A DNA stretch of 64,000 nucleotides from Azolla caroliniana (lineage: Eukaryota; Plantae; Polypodiophyta), in the NCBI GenBank assembly GCA_043228905.1, contig JBHGNT010000020.1, forward strand, positions 8,804,001-8,868,000, given 5' to 3'. Positions 59,767 through 64,000 of the stretch are shown piece by piece. Every line of letters starts with the position of its first letter. Position 1 is the stretch's first letter. A program made the position numbers and the translations under genes. Under the pieces are notes generated by a model, which saw nothing but the letters and a program-made list of their open reading frames with translations, did no database searches and was not told where the DNA came from.

Positions 59767-62700
59767 GCAAGTACAATCCTAGACATGTCAATGTTAAAGG
59801 TTTTTAATTTCTATAAACATTTGAAGTGCTTTAAGAATTACATGAAAAGAAGGATATCATCATTTGGAGTATGTAATGTACCATCAATATGTTAAAATGC
59901 GTGTGTTTGTATATTAAAAATCTTATAGAAACATTTATGTTAAAATGTGTGTGTATACTTTGGAAATATTCTATAAACATTTGAAGTACTTGAACAATAG
60001 AAGAAACATATATTATCATCAACAATCATGCATGATGTACCATAGATATGTTCTAGGAAAACACTCGAAAAGTAGGGAATCAACTTTATTGGACCCATTA
60101 ATCCACCTTCCAATCACAAGTTACAAGTTACGACCATAGGTTGACATGTACGTGATATTCGTGGTATATGCCATGCGTGATATTCGCGAATACAAAATGT
60201 CCCCAAGAATATTATAAAACCATTAGTTTTTCAAAATAAATTTACATAATAAAAAATATTTAATTCACTAAAAAATTAATTAATATACTAATAATTAATT
60301 AATTCATTATGCTCACTAATAATTAATTAATTCACTATTAGAATGGTATTCCTTATAAACCAGTATGTTATTCCGTGAAGTATCCTCAACAAATTAGGAG
60401 GAATTAATTCACTAACAATTAAATAATTAGGGTTTCTACAAAACCCTGAGTTTGTAGGCTGAGAAGAGGAAATATGGTTACAATTAGGGTTTTGACTAAA
60501 TTTCGGGTTTTCAGTTGAAACCCTAATTTTCAGACCGAGAACAAGATACAAGGGAGGTGAGGATGTAGGCGTCATGTTGGATGGAGGGGGAGGCGTGGAT
60601 GAGGCATCACGCACACGATGCAGGGGGAGGCGAGGATGTAGTGTAAAAAAAATGATTTTGTTTTTAAAAAAAAAACAAAAAACGAATACTTTTAGAAGCA
60701 TTCGTATGCGTATTTGTACTATGCATTTGTGGGGTCTTCCCCATGAATGCGAATATGTCAATCTATGATCACAAACAAATACCACTACATCAAATGGGTG
60801 AACGCAAAAAATGTGCTTTATATAAGGCCACCCTCTCTCTTCATTAACTTACTAAAACAAACACACTCTCACTAGAGCTATAGAAGCTCATGGGTCATGG
60901 GGAATGTGGAAACTCATTAGTTATGTGTAATAGAATATGATTCTATGACACATAATTAATGTGTAGAAAGTAGTGGTGACTTTTGACCTTTGAATGTTCA
61001 TACATTCTCAAGACACCATTACATACAGCGGTCCATTGAAATGGGTTTCAATGGACGACTACCGAGTAGGATGCTTATGATTCATTAAAACAAATGTTGT
61101 CTAAAGTAACGGTTGTTCAACCATCGGATTGGACCAAAGACTTTCATGTCTTTATCGATGCGTCGGATATAACAATTGGGAGTGCATTAATGCAATTATG
61201 AGAAACCAATTTGTATTGATTGACGGGAACTGGTCGTTCCTTATGCGCAATGCTCGGCCACAACCGAGCTTAGAATGATACACAGAAAACGGGAAATAAA
61301 ACGCGACACAAAGAAGAGACGAGGTACAAAGGAGGTTTACGTGGAAAACCCCAAACTAGGGGAAAAAAAACCACGGTAGCCCACAGGCTACAAACTATCA
61401 CTATGATGGAATGTACAACCATGAGTTCACTGAGGCACCGACCTCGTGCTCATAGATCATCGCCACAGGCGGCGGTTACAACAGAGGCAACGACCTCTTT
61501 CTCTCTCTCTCTCTCTCTCTCTGTACAGTTACACACACTCTCTATTCTTGCACCAACAAGAATGACAACAACAACAACAACAACAATAATAACAGTTACT
61601 AAGAGTTTGCCCTAAGTCATATTTATACTAATATGACTTTTCGGCTATTTACAAATGTAGCCGCGATGGACTATCAGAAAACATATTTACTAATATGTCT
61701 CTTCATCCGGTTCTCCGTAACCGGGTACTCCTCATCCGGTCTTCACCGGGTCTGCATCATCCGGCTCTCCATAGCCGGGTACTCCTCATTCGGTTCATAC
61801 CGGGTCTGCACCATCCGGCCCTCCGTAGCCGGGTACTCCTCATCCGGTCTTCACCGGGTCTGCATCATCCGGTTCTCCGTAGCCGGGTACTCCTCATCCG
61901 GTCTCCCTTCCCATTCGGAGTTTGTTCATCGGCACTGTTCTTCTCCCTTCCCATCCGGAGGGACCTGTCTCCCAACAAACTCCCCCTTCACTCCGGCATG
62001 GGGTGTCTTACTAGTCCGATTCTCTTTCGGCATGCATCCAACTTGTCGGGTATCAGCACTTTGGTCAGCATATCTGACCCGTTCTCGGTTGTGTGGATCT
62101 TCATCAGCGCGAACTCCTGGTCATCTACTCTTTCCCGGATCCAGTGATATCTTCGCTGGATATGCTTCGTCCGAGAATGGTAGGCCGCATTCTTAGCAAG
62201 GTGGATGACACTTTGACTGTCGCAATAGAGTCGGTATTCCTCTTGCCGGATACCGAGCTCTCCGATGAAGTCCTTCATCCATAATATTTCCTTGCCGGCT
62301 TCCACAACCGCCATGTACTCCGCCTCTGTGGTTGACAATGCAACCATCTTCTGCAGCCTCGACTGCCACGAAACGGCTCCCCTTGCATATGTGATTACAT
62401 ACCCGGAAGTAGACCGGCTGGTATCCACATCAGCCGACATGTCTGAATCGGTGAAACCGTCAAGTTGAGGTTTTCCGGAGCCGAATCGGAGACACATAAT
62501 TGAAGTGCCCTTCAAATATCGGAGTATCCATTTGACCGCGTTCCAGTGCTCCCTGCCAGGATTGCTCATAAACCGGCTCACCACTCCGATTTTGTATCCT
62601 ATGTCCGGTCGGGTACAAACCATTGCGTACATCAAGCTCCCGACGGCAGAGGCATATGGAATCTTCATCATATCCGCCTTCTCTGCTTTCGTCTTCGGGC

Positions 62701-63252
62701 TTTGCTTACCGGATAGCTTGCAGTTTGCCGAAAGTGTCGATCCGACCGGTTTTGCTTCTGACATGTTGAACCGGTGAAGCACCTTTGTCACGTACTTCTC
62801 CTGTGACAGCCATAATTGCTTCTTTGACCGGTCCCGAATGATATGCATCCCCAACATCTGTCTTGCCGGACCCAAGTCTTTCATTGAGAAGGTCCGGTTG
62901 AGAGCCTTCTTCAGCATCCGTATTTTGACTTGGTCACGTCCGACGATCAACATGTCATCCACGTACAGAAGGAGTAACAAGAAGTCGCCTCCTTCGAACT
63001 TCTTCACAAACACGTAGTGATCGGCCTGCATCTTGTGGTACCCTTGATCGGTCATGAACTTCCGGTACCATTGACAGGGAGCCTGCTTCAGTCCGTACAG
63101 GCTCTTCTTCAACGGGCATACCAGGTGCTCCTTCCCTTTCTCCACGAATCCTTCCGGTTGTTGCATATAGATCTCCTCTTCGAGGTCGCCATGAAGGAAT
63201 GCCGTCTTCACGTCCAGCTGCTCTACCTCGAGGTCCATGCTTGCTGCTATAG
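59767..63252 (+). repeat. Tandem duplicate of ~55678-59172 (segment X + Copia 3' end)
   Basis: Colinear and slightly diverged. The junction at GCAAG is a microhomology. Confidence 0.9.
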
Positions 63253-64000
63253 TCAGCACCGTCCGGATGGAGGTCATCTTTACTACCGGGGCAAATATCT
63301 CGTTGAAGTCCACGCCCTTCTTCTGCTGGAACCCCTTCACCACGATCCTGGCTTTGTATCTCGGGGGGTTTCCGACATCTCCGGGTTTCAACTTGTACAC
63401 CCACTTGTTTCGGAGTGCCCGCTTTCCTTTCGACAGCTCCACCAATTTGTACGTATGGTTCTCATGCAAGGAATCCATCTCGTCCTGCATGGCACTTAAC
63501 CATTTTCTGCTGTGGGTGTCATCCTCCGCTTCTTTGAAGCTTTCCGGCTGCCCCTCATCGGTCAGCAGAACATGCTTTGCATCCGGAAATCTCCGGGGGG
63601 CCCTTCTCTCTTTGAGAGGATATCTCCGTCTTGGGCTTCGGTAGCCGGCTCCTCCATTTTCTCTTCATCCGAATCCGATTCGGGGTCTTGGCCGGTTCCG
63701 GTTTCAGCTTCCTCTACTTCTTCTTCTGCCGGTTCGGTATCCTCACCGTAACCGGCTGGTTCCTCGAGTGCTAACCGGTCTCTTGCCGGTTGGGTCTACT
63801 CATTGTAGAGTCTATCCTTACCGGTCGACTTGGAGTTCATTATCTTCTTCTCCAACTCCCAGTCGGCGAGCGTCTTGTCCTTCATGAAGATAATATCTCG
63901 ACTCCGGAATACCTTCTTCTCGACCAGGTCCCACACTCGGTAGCCGAACTCATCGTCACCGTAACCGAGGAATATGCATGGCCGGGTCTTTGGAATATAC
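61221..64000 (-). mobile_element. Copia copy (3' LTR 61221-61977, PPT, RT-RNase H ORF 61988-63490, continues off the right edge)
   Basis: Open 500-aa RT/RH frame with a small deletion. Frameshift near 63630. Confidence 0.93.

Overview
Eukaryotic, almost certainly land-plant DNA. PLS-type PPR fragments and the retroelement families suggest a fern or other seed-free plant, which is inference. There is one intact host gene, a two-exon group-I GH3 acyl-acid amido synthetase (42532-44781, minus strand). It is embedded in a rearranged mosaic of transposons. (A) A Ty3/Gypsy family with ~1-kb TGTCGTGAAGAT...ATCTTCACGACA LTRs: two copies plus a solo LTR. (B) An LTR-less Athila-like Gypsy internal region carrying a long extra 3' ORF. 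(C) Several Tto1/Tork-like Copia copies with 54-bp repeat arrays in their LTRs. (D) A thrice-repeated composite module: Gypsy accessory-ORF piece + LINE RT + MULE fragment + PPR fragments + MuDR transposase + Mutator TIR. Positions 1-6.9 kb duplicate 52.2-59.8 kb. The most notable signals are in Gypsy family A. It has a -1 frameshift cassette (GGAUUUU + H-type pseudoknot) placed between protease and RT, a tRNA-like A/B-box segment inside each complete LTR, a tRNA-Trp PBS, and two independent insertions into ACGT. Also notable are a conserved unnamed domain shared by two divergent Gypsy accessory ORFs and a Pack-MULE-like cargo element. Coordinates of degenerate fragments are approximate. No database searches were run.
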